From contig NC_068988.1 of NCBI RefSeq assembly GCF_001194135.2, positions 81,258,977 to 81,295,057 of the forward strand: 36,081 nt of DNA, written 5' to 3'. Below the pieces are notes generated by a model that did no database searches, was not told the DNA's origin, and was given only the letters and a program-made list of their open reading frames with translations. Below are positions 11,568 to 23,539 of the stretch, piece after piece; position 1 is the first letter of the stretch; each line of letters opens with the position of its first letter. Origin of the DNA: Octopus bimaculoides (Eukaryota). A program made the position numbers and the translations under genes.

Positions 11568-11657
11568 TATCAGCCTGGAATGTAGTGCATTGCTTGTAAA
11601 AGCACTGCACAACATTCCAGTGCATTACATTCCAGTGCACTACATTCCAGCCTGATA
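11568..11657. repeat. Inverted repeat (22-nt arms, one mismatch) whose right side is three tandem 15-mers
   Basis: TATCAGCCTGGAATGTAGTGCA (11568-11589) pairs with TGCACTACATTCCAGCCTGATA (11636-11657) at 21 of 22 positions. Units TGCA(C/T)(A/T)ACATTCCAG start at 11606, 11621 and 11636. Confidence 0.9.
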
Positions 11658-13264
11658 TACTCACTTTAAATAACCTAGTCCACCAAGCTCATCATCATTT
11701 AATGTCTGCCGATGATGATGATGGGCTACGAGTGAATCTCAATCTATTGCCCTTACTTATACTACCTCCTGGTTCTTGAGTGTCTTTAGTGCACCCCATT
11801 CTATTGCCAAGTATTGAACCTATTGTTAAGTATTGAACCCAATCTGAGGATAACTTTTTCTCATCAATCATAGAAATCCTGAATAAGGGTCATATGCACT
11901 GCCTTCCATCCTTTAACTCTCTCTCTCTCTCATGTATCATGCCTTCAGGCATTGGTGATTGTGGACCTTCATGTCAAAGTCTAAAGATTCCTGATCTTTC
12001 TTGGGGAAATACAACAGTGGTTTCCAGCTGCTTTTTCGTTGGCTTGTTTACAGTTTACTCTGCTAGTCTCCTGAACCAATTTTTCAGGCACAGAACTACT
12101 TTAACCTTTAAGTAAGGGGACTGGTTCATATGATATCAGCACATGTCTGCATAGTGGTGGACCAATGTGATACACATCTGTGACCTGGTTCTCCTCTGAG
12201 TCCAATATGTCTTTGCCACATGACCATCTATTTGAGTTTTAATTGGGATCCTTGACAAGTACTATCATTCCAGATCAGAGCAGACCAAAACCTGGAAGCA
12301 GAGGCAATTAAGGAATAACTTCATACTCCCCAAAACACTTGAATTCCCAGGATGAAACCTCACTGTAGATGCAGTTTAATGTGTCTAAGTAATTAAATAA
12401 ATAAAAAATAACTTGCTTCCTCATTAGTACAAACAGCCCGGCTGTCTGTAGACAGTATTGGCCATACTGGTGACTGTTAAGTTATGAACTTACATCTTGC
12501 TTTAGACAAAATCCAGCAGGGGACATTTATTTCAGCTGTTTAACACCTTAAAGAAGAGAACAGAATATTTATATTTATCCTTGAACACAAATCATCTCAA
12601 ACAGGCATACAAAGTTCTTAAGTATTTGTGGTAGAGACCCTACACACAAGACCCATCCTCTTCCACAAATACCCTAGATATTCTTAATACCATACTGATA
12701 GGTGCTGTTGCTGTTTAACCCAAGGCCAGCCCTGATCAAACAGACCTATAATAAAGGTATTCTTATAGTAGCTATCTTGTCTTTTTAAGGACATGTAGGA
12801 TCACTTTATTCAAGCTTTTCATTATTTAAGACAGATGATTTTGACGGTGATTTGGTGGCTATTTCTAGCAGGTAGATCAGTTAGAAGGCTCATGAATCTT
12901 GAAGTATATTAACTAGGTGTTTCAGGTGTTGAATAATTGGCTCAGCTACAGAAATGGGGCTCTTTTAATGTGGGACTGAAGCTGTATATTATAAAGAACA
13001 AGAATTTTTTAATAGTTATGTCTTTCACAATGGCAACATCGAGATTGTATGTGAAGTTAAACAGTCTCAATGGGGAATAAAGATTCCATAGTGGATCCTG
13101 TTTACCAGCCTTATATCTGGCTCTACAGCATTTGCCAGGTCTATCGTATTGGATCCCTAAATAGGAAGGGCATTACATGCATCAACACATGACTAAAAGA
13201 CGGTTGATTTTATATAAACCAGCTGCCATCTACATGCGAGTATGGATTGATAACATGTACTAAG

Positions 13265-13490
13265 CTTTCACTAATTGTTTTAGGTGCCAATGTGATAGAT
13301 ACCTTTTCGACTCACTCTTCGACCCAACGGATCATCGAGGATGCAACAGCTAGAGGGAAAGACAGCTGCACCAGTAGTCGGCTGGGACTGATTTTCAGCT
13401 GAGTAAACTGGAGCAACGTGAAAGGAAGTTCCTTGTCCAAGGACACAATACGTTACCCGGTTCAAGATCTAAAGCCTAACCATTAGGTTT
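13265..13490 (-). mobile_element. tRNA-type SINE, family B
   Basis: Reverse complement reads CCTAATGGTTAGGC..GTATTGTGTCCTTGGACAAGGAACTTCCTTTCACGTTGCTCCAGTTTACTCAGCTG. This resembles the GTGTCCTTGAGCAAGACACTT-type conserved SINE body as I recall it. Confidence 0.65.
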
Positions 13491-16289
13491 CGCACCCCCA
13501 CTTGACTTTACAGAGGATATCTAAAAGTAAAAAGAAAAAAACCCCAAAAGACTGTTGCTAATTCAAGACTCCTTAAGTATCACTCACATATAGAAACCAA
13601 TCTTGGAATTATTTATTTATTTCTGAAGTGGTTGAAATGTGAGGTTTGAAATACATCATATATATTATGTGTAAAATTGATAATTCGTTTATGAAAAAGC
13701 CAAAAAATTCTATAGAGAATGTTTTGTATTAGGATACGAACATACAAAAATGGTTTTATATGTACACTCTGTTTTTATATACACTGTCATATGTACAGCA
13801 AAGTTGCTTTTAAGGAGGGGGTGGAATAGGCGAGAGACGTTTGAAGACAGTAAAGAAGTCAACCACCCCAACCGTCACACTACACACATTAATAAGCATG
13901 TACCTAACGTTCAGTTTTTAGCGCGGAATGTCACACTTGTACTAACAGAATGTATTACTTGACCTGTATTAATACAAACTAAATAAAAGAAAATAAGGGT
14001 AGAAAAGTTTAAGTCTGTTATTGATTTTTACTATTTAAAATGCATCTATAAATAATAAAAATAATACAAAAAAGAAACATTTTTAACAAATTTTCCTTAA
14101 TGAGACAGGAAATAACAAAACGTTGAGTTATGTATGAAGGGATAGGGGTAAATTTTTGTATTTAGTTGATATCAGAATTTATATATTAACGCCCATCGGT
14201 GTGTTTATGTGGATGTAAATAAGACATAGATGTAAGTGATAACACACAACTACAACCCTTTAAAACAATCTACAATTTCAACTGCATCGGATTTGTGTAT
14301 GGATGTGTATGTATGTACGTATAATAAAATACATCTGTACACACAAAATGAATGCTGTCATTCTCATTACACTGTAAACATGTAACAATATTAATAAACA
14401 TCATACAGAAAACAATATTATTTTGTACGTTACACACATTTTTGTTTATTGTCGCATGTGTGTATGTGTAACAATAAATGCGTTTTTTAGTTTAGGATAG
14501 TGTTAAAATGTTATATACACTCACCTAACAACACAAACATAAAGCCTACATATGTATGTATATTCGAAGATTAACATCCCAACCAAACATATACCATACA
14601 TATTCATATATCTAAATAGATAAGAAAATTCATTTGCTGTTTCTCACAGAATATAAAGACAATCAATGACTGAAACAGACAAATATGAAGAATGGATATG
14701 CTGTGAACACGGGACGGTATGTTAAAGAATGAATGAATAAAAATGTCAAACCTCCATGTGACCCAGCTATTATAGTCGGTGGGGGTGGGTACCGTTACAA
14801 ATAGGAAGACGCAAATGACAATTACATGCATGTAAAGTAACATTAATATGAATTATATAAAAACGTTTTTCCTGGTTCTGTCATCGGAACAGATCTATGT
14901 AAATGAAGAGCAATGAAATTTAACTTACTGTCATCACGTTCCTTTCCCCCAGTGTTGTTATTTTTCAATGGGTGGGACAACATTCAGCAAACAGGTGTAT
15001 GTGTGTGTGGGTGTGTCCCTGGAGAATGTGATCGTCTGACAAGATTTAATAATGCTTCTTACATGTGTATTTGCTTTAAATTTGTTTACAGCAGCAGTTA
15101 TTATCATCGTCAGGTCTCAACAGCAAGCAGCATTATCATCATTGTTATTATTATTATTGACATATTATCGATGATGTTACACCACACTCCATCGTTACTG
15201 CTGCATGTGCGTATTTCAATATTGTTGCATGTTTATCAACTCTCGTGTCACGTTAGTTCATATGGACGATAAGAAAGTGGAGAGGGAGAATTTCCTCAAA
15301 ATAGAAAAGAGTTAATTAAAAAAACAAATAGATAGATAAATAGAGAATAGAAAAGAAAGAGATAGAGAGAGAGAAAGATAGAGAGTTATATGGAAATAAA
15401 AAGATTAATAGTTTCTAGAGGAAGGAGAGGAGGAGCAGTGACAGTAGCAGTTGTTGGCCAACCTCAACAGTGACGTCATAGCAGTATCAGTGAGCCCTTC
15501 ATTACTATAGACCCTTTATTCAGTAGACCCTTTCAATAAGCAGGAACATGCAAAAATATCCGGCTAGCCACAGCGTATCCGATCGTTCTCCCGAACCATT
15601 TCTGAAAAGAATGCGTTTCTGTAAATATAAATAAAAGCTAGTTTCCATTTAAAATATTCAACATGTGTTGCTAGAATTAAAAATGATGGAGTTTATATGT
15701 GATTTGTGGATATAAAAATGTAATTAGAGTATCAATCATTTACGTAAATATTTATTTTTATTCGATTAATGAAGAAAATTGTGTCAGTCGAATAACGCTG
15801 ATATCAGCAATTTTGTCTAATTTCTAAACTGTGTTTTGACGTAAATTTCACAACCATGGAGTTTTATTTTAAAATGTTGGTTAGTTCAACCCTTAAGGGA
15901 TTCATGCTTTCGAAGTTCAGCCAAAACATTCAATATCTTAACATCACGACCTATACGGTTTGGAAAATAAAAATTTTTTGAATACATATGTTAGGTATGT
16001 CCATCATTCATATATTGTACAAGGCTATAAATTCGTGGGGGGAAGGGTTGTGAACGATTGAGTTGGACCTCGTACTCAGAATATACCTGGGACTTATTTT
16101 ATCAACTTTAGAGAAATTCATGGCAATGTTTTGATTATGTTAAGAATTTAAGTAAGAACATAAGATGACCATTGAAAGTAAATACTGTAAGGTATTTAGT
16201 TCGGCGCTCTCTACTTTTACCCACCACTACAACCACTTTTGAGCACGTGTTGATCATATGATAAATGTAGTGAAGAAATTTCGGAACAC

Positions 16290-16760
16290 ATACAGTGCAC
16301 ACTCACCCGCATGCACACACATGCGCACCCACACTCACATGCACACACATATACATACAACGCACTCTCACACGCGCGCGCACACTCACGCTCATAAACA
16401 CATATACGTGCACATATGTACACGCATACGCGCGCCCTCACACGTGTACATATACACACATACACATGCGCGCACACATACACCTATACGCTCGCACATA
16501 GACGCACACTCAAATACGCATACATGTACACACATGCACACTGACACATGTGCATGCACACGTACATCCACACGTACACATGCACAGATTTATTAAGCAC
16601 ATATACACAAACACATACGCGCACAAAATGCACGAGATCTCATGCAGGTCGATCAGTGTGTTGAGAAATTATAAAAAAATATTCCATCTCTTCATAAAAT
16701 TAAAAAAGTAGTTGTGCATGTGTGTGTGTGTGTGTGTGTATGTGCGTGCGTGTGTGTTAG
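16290..16760. repeat. Imperfect (CA)n / (TG)n microsatellite blocks
   Basis: CA-rich block at 16290-16625 and TG block at about 16718-16757. These explain the tracked ORFs 16217-16483, 16258-16596 and 16295-16501. Confidence 0.9.
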
Positions 16761-16959
16761 CGAGTAGCAGCTATGAGTGAGTAAAAGAGGAGGTGAGAAG
16801 TTATAGAAACTGTTAGTAAGGGAGAAAGAGAGAGACAAAAAGAAAGAGAGAGAGAGTGAGTGTTAAGTCAATTTCGGATGATCTGACGTTTCTGATGAGC
16901 AGGAAAAGGGGTCTGAAATTGCCTTATTAAATAAATACAATGAACTTCTAAATTGTTAT

Positions 16960-17280
16960 CGTTTAGCCCCAGGTCAGTGTCGATCAGATCTATGATCAAA
17001 AAGCATTCCAGCCTCGACTATCCATCTTCCCCTTCCCTCCATCCCAAATATGGTTTATCGATGTCGTCAATAAGTGTCGCTCTTCCAAAGAATCTCACGG
17101 ATAGGCCGTCTCCAAATTTTTTACACGTATCTGGAGCTGTTCAAGGTTGTCTCCCCTTTTGCTTCATTGTCCCATTCATCCATCTCACAGGTCATAACCT
17201 TCCACTTGAAACTTCCATTTTCCCCCGCACCAGTACTCAACAGACTCCTTTTAGCATTGATTCTTTCATCGAATCATTGA
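16960..17280 (-). mobile_element. Possible highly degenerate PLE RT core
   Basis: Joining several minus-strand frames gives GKMEVS (cf. GTKMAxS), ILWKS..LIDDI (cf. WxRFIDDI) and IFG/WREGED..LECFL. Several frameshifts are needed, so the call is weak. Confidence 0.3.
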
Positions 17281-17318
17281 TAACTTATAAATTTCTAGAA
17301 AAAAAAAAAAAATTATCA

Positions 17319-17667
17319 GATATTCTCGGACCCTATGCTACTGATTTCCTCCACAAAATAGGGATAACGGCAGCCCGTCGGAGGAATAAGCCCTGCGAGG
17401 TGGAGTGGCTGCTTGTTGCAGCGAGTATTTCTGGCCATTCCCCGCAGCAACGCAATCGCGGTCATTACCGCGGGACGCTGCTTAGCATCCCACTTGTTCT
17501 GGGATACATAGTCCATCTCGACCTCCTCTGTCTTCCGCTGATTTCCCTCATCTTTTTCTTTTTCCTTTTCTTTCTTTTCTTTTCTTATCTTTCTTTTTCC
17601 CTGATTCTTTGTATTTAAATGTTCTAATAAAATAAGGGTATTCAAAAAAACAAAAAACAAAAAAAAA
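17319..17667 (+). mobile_element. 5'-truncated CRE-clade-like non-LTR retrotransposon 3' end (tail of restriction-like endonuclease region)
   Basis: DILGPYATDFLHKIGITAARRRNKPCEVEWLL, then after a +1 shift LQRVFLAIPRSNAIAVI. This matches the remembered CRE-type C-terminal pattern (LGPxxxxFLxxIG..WLxQRxSxAIxRGNAxxI). It is followed by a pyrimidine-rich 3' UTR, AATAAA (17626-17631) and an A-rich tail (17644-17667). Confidence 0.55.
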
Positions 17668-18049
17668 TGATAAAAGGTTTCTTGATTTAAAGACTATAGT
17701 TCCTTCGTTCTTTTGTTCCATTATCGTTTTTTAATCAGAGATAATTAAAGAAATTCAATAAAAATATTTAATGAAATCGATAAAGAACAGTAAAAATTCA
17801 GTCATACTATATTGATATGGTCGGAATAGTTAATTATGCTGTAGCGGGGATTCTGACCCCAAACGTTTGATATTCGGTTAGACATTACGAACGAGTCACC
17901 ACAGTTTTACGTGATTGATCTATAAATCGACCAATCAATGTGAAGCTGTGGCGTGATGTGGTCTTCTTGAACGTTCTAAAATTTAATCTCTTGTTCCTTA
18001 CTAAAAAAATCTTTTGGCGCTTAACTCAGGGCCCAGATAGCCGACAAAC

Positions 18050-18195
18050 CGCTGATGTCACGGACTACCTTGGACGTTTGTCAGACGACTCGTTTCCCAG
18101 AGAGACCGATTCTGAACGTTCACATGGTATCCCATTTGAAACTTCTTCGGACGCGGCACATTTTCTCTATACCCCCAGTTGGCAGTTATTAGTAT
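18050..18195 (-). mobile_element. Possible mariner transposase N-terminal HTH remnant
   Basis: Minus-strand pieces YRENVPR / SFKW..FRIG / GNESSDKRPR*SVTS resemble the mariner pattern YGENxxxR..FxW..FxxG..EDxxRxGRPxTS. Frameshifts are required. Confidence 0.35.
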
Positions 18196-19579
18196 ACTTT
18201 ATTATAAATAGCCAAAACCCAAATATCATTATGTCCAGCAATAAATATTTGAGTTAAATGTCCGTTAGTTTGCTTCAGCTATTATTCACGCAGCCAGCGC
18301 AACGTTTCATACGTATATCACAACAATGATAATTAAACCATCGCCTTCGACAATGGCGACTCAGACGTTTGAAGTATATCATCATTGATCAGCTCAACAC
18401 AAGCAACAAACAAACCACGTGACAATGTCTTGCTCTGACTCTTAACATTCCGAGTTCAGATCCCACCTTATCACAGTGGTAAACTTAATCCATCACCCGA
18501 CTTAGTAGTACCAGTGTATCGCAAGTATTCGGGTTAGGTTTCCGGTTCGAAGATACTTTCCTACCTACCTCCCTTTTCGTGAAGGTCCTTCAAAGGGTCG
18601 TAATTACTCCCTTCCCCCTTGACCAAACGATAAAAATAAAATAAATTACAATTTCATGAAATGGTAGAATCGGTAGAGCGACGACATTTGAGTTATGTGT
18701 TTTTATGTTGTGAGTTAAAATTTTTTTTTGTGGCTGTCAACTTTATGTTTTATTTTTCAGGAGTGGGAGGAGATCAATAGAATAAAATGTCAATCAAGAA
18801 AATGGTGGTGAGTCAATTAAATATACTCCGTCCCCAGAAATAGTTGAGTGGGTGCTGACACATTCAATATCAAAGAACTTTACCCCAGTGTTTTATTAAT
18901 AAAAATGATACCCGTATCCAGGAAAAATCCTATCAGATTAATGATTAAAGACAGTAAAGACAAAAAACACAACTTGCACTATAATTCTGAAGATAAAATG
19001 GTGGTGGCTTGCTATCAGAAGTGTGCTTTATGTACGGTAAGAAGGATGGCAACTCTAGACATGATTCTGAACTAGTTTTTCCAGAAGTTAACAAACCATC
19101 GGTGACTGGAAGATATAAAGATTTTAACAGGCATAACAATAAGGCGTCATACAACAAAAAGAACTAGAAGAAATTACTAGGGATGCCATCTGCAGGAAAA
19201 AATACATAGTTAAGTAGAGCCTAACATAATATAGCGGTCACCCTCACCAAATTATTGAATTCAAATTGTTTCCCAATGAAGAAAAAAAAAATTAACTAGA
19301 TTCTGGTCATAAAGGACTGTGGACTAGTGGATTGCTGTATTTATGCTTTTTTAAGGTTCTGAGTTCAAATCTCACCAGGATTGACTTCACCTTTCATTTG
19401 ATCAACTCCAGGACAATATTCTAATCAAATAGTTGTGCGTATGTATGGATACAAACACATATACACATATATATGTATTCATACATACATATGCATATGT
19501 GATCGGTTGTACTCCTTAGTAAAAAAGAGCAAAACAAAAAGCAAAGAACATTCAACTATAGTATGGTGAAATAGCAGAG

Positions 19580-19760
19580 CAGGCATCAGCAACCTGCTTT
19601 GAATTGTGGGCCGCATAAATATGGCTCATCATATCGCGGACTGCACTACTAAAAAATCCATGATGATTTTTTAGTTGTTGCGAGTACCTTCAGCCATTTT
19701 CACAATAGAAGGCTTCACCTCACGCGTAAGTATCTGTCTAAGAAATGAAGAGAAATTGAT
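19580..19760 (-). mobile_element. hAT (Charlie-like) terminal fragment
   Basis: Terminus CAGGCATCAGCAACCTGC..TGGGCCGCA resembles the CAGGGGTCGGCAACCTGCGGCCCGCGGGCCGCA-type hAT ends. The adjacent minus-strand peptide SSFLRQILTREVKPSIVKM may be a transposase C-terminus. Confidence 0.45.
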
Positions 19761-19935
19761 TTCTTTTTTTCTTTGGAGAAAAAGATTTTGGTAGACCATA
19801 AAAAAAAAATTAAATCTTTGTATATTATCACTCAAGATAGTGTGATGAACGTACACTGTTGCCATGATACATCACAGAGTAATTCAAAGAAAAAAAAAAT
19901 GAATACTTGATACACGGATTATGATATTAAGATAT

Positions 19936-20053
19936 TTTGATACACGGATTATGAAAATATTCAATATTTTTCTTCAATACATGCATCAATCGGATACGAT
20001 TGATGCATGTATTGAAGAAAAATATTGAATAGTTTCATAATCCGTGTATCAAA
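19936..20053. repeat. Near-perfect palindrome: 57-bp arms, 4-nt loop, one mismatch
   Basis: 19936-19992 is the reverse complement of 19997-20053 except for one base. The loop is GATA (19993-19996). A third partial direct copy, TTGATACACGGATTATGA, lies at 19907-19924. Confidence 0.95.
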
Positions 20054-20973
20054 TTTTTTTTTTTTTTTTCAAATTACAACTGCACATTTAACAATCTGAC
20101 CAGTCAATATTTTCTTTGGTGACTTTTAAATGGAAAAATGCCATTAAAAATTAGTAAGATTTGTTTCTAATTTATTCGTTTAACCATATGAAAAATTATA
20201 TAAAAAAAAAATTGCTTTTCCAGGTAGTGAGGAAATTATAAGCGTTTCCCGTTTTCAAAGCGAAACCTGTTTATATACGTATGATTTTCCTTAGTGAAAA
20301 GTCGCCAGTGGTCTAAAACGCTGAAAACGTTACCTTCAGCGAAAGGTAACAAAATTCAAGAAACATTGTACTTAATCTTCGTTATGTATATGCCTTAGTC
20401 GACTTGTTTTAACTACAGCACTAGGAAAATGGTAATCTGATTAAAGGGAAGCAATTTAAAAAAAAAAAAAAAATTGAAAATAAAATTAACGTGACCTAGC
20501 GAGGTTGAGTGGATCATAAGGATACAAAATGTTGTGTGTATATGTGTGTGTGTATGGGGGGGGGGAGTCCGACTAAACTACACATAATATTTAATACACT
20601 GCCTGACAAAATACAGGCCAAGATATCGTATTTATTATTTGTTATTAACATAAATAGAAATAATTTACTAAGAAAGTTTAGTGACAAACTTGGAGTTGTA
20701 CTTTTTTTAATATATAACTTTTTGTGATGTTGCAACTCGTAAAATGTCTTCGAGATAAATATTTAACAATCTTGACCTAGCATTTGTCTTTATTGTTTTC
20801 ATTATAGAAATCTAGAGTTCAACTTTTTTTTTTCAAATAATTTAACTTCGCAGCAAATACCATTGTATCCCAATTCCTTGTGAGTCCTGAGTTGATTCTC
20901 ACTAATTTGAAGAATATTTGAATGGGTAGTGGTATTTAGGAAAAATGCAAGGTCGCTCGAAGATAAACATACC

Positions 20974-21143
20974 CAATTGCGTTGCTGGGGTGGGGGGCAC
21001 GGTTGGGCGGTTCACCTCAGGCGGCACTTTTAAAGGGGCGGCACTTTTGGGTCTGCTGTAGGCAATATGTATTTTTTTGTGAGGTTCGGTGACAGCAAAC
21101 GGAAGGGCTGCCCCGGGCGGCACACACTCTAGCTATGCTAGTG
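20974..21143. mobile_element. hAT-type MITE (170 bp)
   Basis: Degenerate TIRs CAATTGCGTTGCT and (reverse complement) CACTAGCATAGCT, both relatives of CAGTGGCGTAGCT. Flanking 8-mers are AACATACC (20966-20973) and AATATACC (21144-21151), a 7/8 match consistent with an 8-bp TSD. Confidence 0.75.
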
Positions 21144-21199
21144 AATATACCCTTCATTTCTAAGAAAGCACATACCTCTTCTCTGGGACTATAAAACTG

Positions 21200-22075
21200 C
21201 CGAAACATCTTCCTTTATTTAACCAACAAATTGCTCATTTGCAAACCAGATCGCCATACTTCAAGTTCTTCAAAGAACTCTTTAAACTGGCAATGGTTGA
21301 GTGGTCATGATTTTATAAAATTTGTGGTTGAAACAAACAAGCAAACATTTTCAAATTTTACATACTTTTCTCATCTCTCAAACAACCTTAGCCACAAACT
21401 GGCGACCCCGAAGCTGACATTGACAACCGCAAACTTGTGAACCCAACAGCGGAAGTTAGCCATTCTACAGAACCACAAATTGTCAACGCTCGACGTTCAA
21501 CATAAGAAATTAATTACCACTGCACTCCCACAAATTGACAACGAGTCCGCTAGACATGGCAGCCAACCACCTAACCTTTCAAGTTTTTATGCGTCACGCA
21601 GCAACCAAGACCGCTACGATACAGATGGTAAACCATCCACAGATACCTGCAAATTCGAAAAGTCCATGACGCAAAATTTAAATTCGCGAACAGAATTCAA
21701 GTGGATTTTTCTTATAATAGATCTTCCTTGCACTGTCATCGTAGCTATTATTTTGCATCACTATGGTCTTTTGGTCGATCTTAGGAATAAAAAACTCATC
21801 GACCAACCTATCAATCCAAGGTTTGAATGTAGGACCTGCCACTATCAGTCCTCTTTTCTTTTTAGCCTCTTCGTCTAATCGTTACACACTGTTCTGCAGA
21901 AAATTCTGGATATCACTCGCACAGTCTTCAATGATAGGAATCCTTTACATTCGGTGATGCAACACAAAGTCACGATTAGTCCTTCTGTTTTCACTCGACC
22001 AAGATGACTAACCTCGGCCAAATTGAACATTGCAAAAGACGAATTCAGCCACACGTGGCAAGACTTAACCCCCCC
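21200..22075 (+). mobile_element. Ty3/Gypsy LTR retrotransposon, degenerate gag-protease-pre-RT part
   Basis: KSMTQNLNSRTEFKWIFLIIDLPCTVIVAIILHHYGLLVDLRNKKLID matches the Gypsy protease C-terminal pattern (GADFLxHFGLLVDLR). LHSVMQHKVTISPSVFTRPR*LTSAKLNIAKDEF matches the pre-RT pattern (PVFARPRRL..KL.IAK.EF). Confidence 0.85.
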
Positions 22076-22079
22076 CCCC

Positions 22080-23038
22080 NNNNNNNNNNNNNNNNNNNNN
22101 NNNNNNNNNNNNNNNNNNNNNNNNNNNNNNNNNNNNNNNNNNNNNNNNNNNNNNNNNNNNNNNNNNNNNNNNNNNNNNNNNNNNNNNNNNNNNNNNNNNN
22201 NNNNNNNNNNNNNNNNNNNNNNNNNNNNNNNNNNNNNNNNNNNNNNNNNNNNNNNNNNNNNNNNNNNNNNNNNNNNNNNNNNNNNNNNNNNNNNNNNNNN
22301 NNNNNNNNNNNNNNNNNNNNNNNNNNNNNNNNNNNNNNNNNNNNNNNNNNNNNNNNNNNNNNNNNNNNNNNNNNNNNNNNNNNNNNNNNNNNNNNNNNNN
22401 NNNNNNNNNNNNNNNNNNNNNNNNNNNNNNNNNNNNNNNNNNNNNNNNNNNNNNNNNNNNNNNNNNNNNNNNNNNNNNNNNNNNNNNNNNNNNNNNNNNN
22501 NNNNNNNNNNNNNNNNNNNNNNNNNNNNNNNNNNNNNNNNNNNNNNNNNNNNNNNNNNNNNNNNNNNNNNNNNNNNNNNNNNNNNNNNNNNNNNNNNNNN
22601 NNNNNNNNNNNNNNNNNNNNNNNNNNNNNNNNNNNNNNNNNNNNNNNNNNNNNNNNNNNNNNNNNNNNNNNNNNNNNNNNNNNNNNNNNNNNNNNNNNNN
22701 NNNNNNNNNNNNNNNNNNNNNNNNNNNNNNNNNNNNNNNNNNNNNNNNNNNNNNNNNNNNNNNNNNNNNNNNNNNNNNNNNNNNNNNNNNNNNNNNNNNN
22801 NNNNNNNNNNNNNNNNNNNNNNNNNNNNNNNNNNNNNNNNNNNNNNNNNNNNNNNNNNNNNNNNNNNNNNNNNNNNNNNNNNNNNNNNNNNNNNNNNNNN
22901 NNNNNNNNNNNNNNNNNNNNNNNNNNNNNNNNNNNNNNNNNNNNNNNNNNNNNNNNNNNNNNNNNNNNNNNNNNNNNNNNNNNNNNNNNNNNNNNNNNNN
23001 NNNNNNNNNNNNNNNNNNNNNNNNNNNNNNNNNNNNNN
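22080..23038. other. Assembly gap (N run)
   Basis: Run of N, preceded by a poly-C tract. Confidence 1.
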
Positions 23039-23471
23039 ATATGTTTTTAACGGTGTGAGTTGAAGTTGATGGATAATGCTGGTTTGAGTAAAGCTACGTG
23101 TATAATAGATAAAGGGAGAAACAAAAACCAGGAAGAGAAAGTGCAACGATTTATTCAGCCCGTTAAAGAGCATTAACACGGCAAAGCTGTTGAGATACAT
23201 ATTGAAGGAGTGGTCAGAATATATACGCAATGGTTAATACAGATGGTACATAATGATGATGTTTGCTGGATAGAACAGGAAAAACAAATACGAGACATAA
23301 CTTCTGCTGGAGGACAGGAACAACATACGCGTCAAAGAATAGCTGAGGCTGCCTGCGGAATAAAACTTACTCTCTGCCGAAGATCCTGACTCGATCGTGC
23401 AAACTCACCTCACTGAAGAAATAGGGGGAAAGGTTTCCTTAAATAGCTGATGGTGGTATGCTTCACTGGCC

Positions 23472-23531
23472 TGTCACGTGATGGAGTGGACATCCCGCGT
23501 AAAGTTAGAGAGACTCGACCATCACGTGACA
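23472..23531. repeat. 60-bp hairpin with 13-bp perfect terminal inverted repeats
   Basis: TGTCACGTGATGG (23472-23484) and CCATCACGTGACA (23519-23531). I see no target-site duplication. Confidence 0.85.
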
Positions 23532-23539
23532 ATCCAAAA

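Noticed and set aside
15471-15478. Perfect CRE palindrome TGACGTCA near the CpG boundary
   Set aside because: A single 8-mer is expected by chance at this scale, and no transcription start or first exon is identifiable.
16953-17618. Longest gap-free ORF (221 aa, plus strand)
   Set aside because: It is a chimera of probable antisense PLE sequence, a poly-A run, a CRE-like fragment and a pyrimidine tract, not a coherent protein.
18990-19200. Possible THAP-like remnant (MVVAC..DAICRK)
   Set aside because: It needs several frameshifts and lacks the conserved W and CSxHF motifs.
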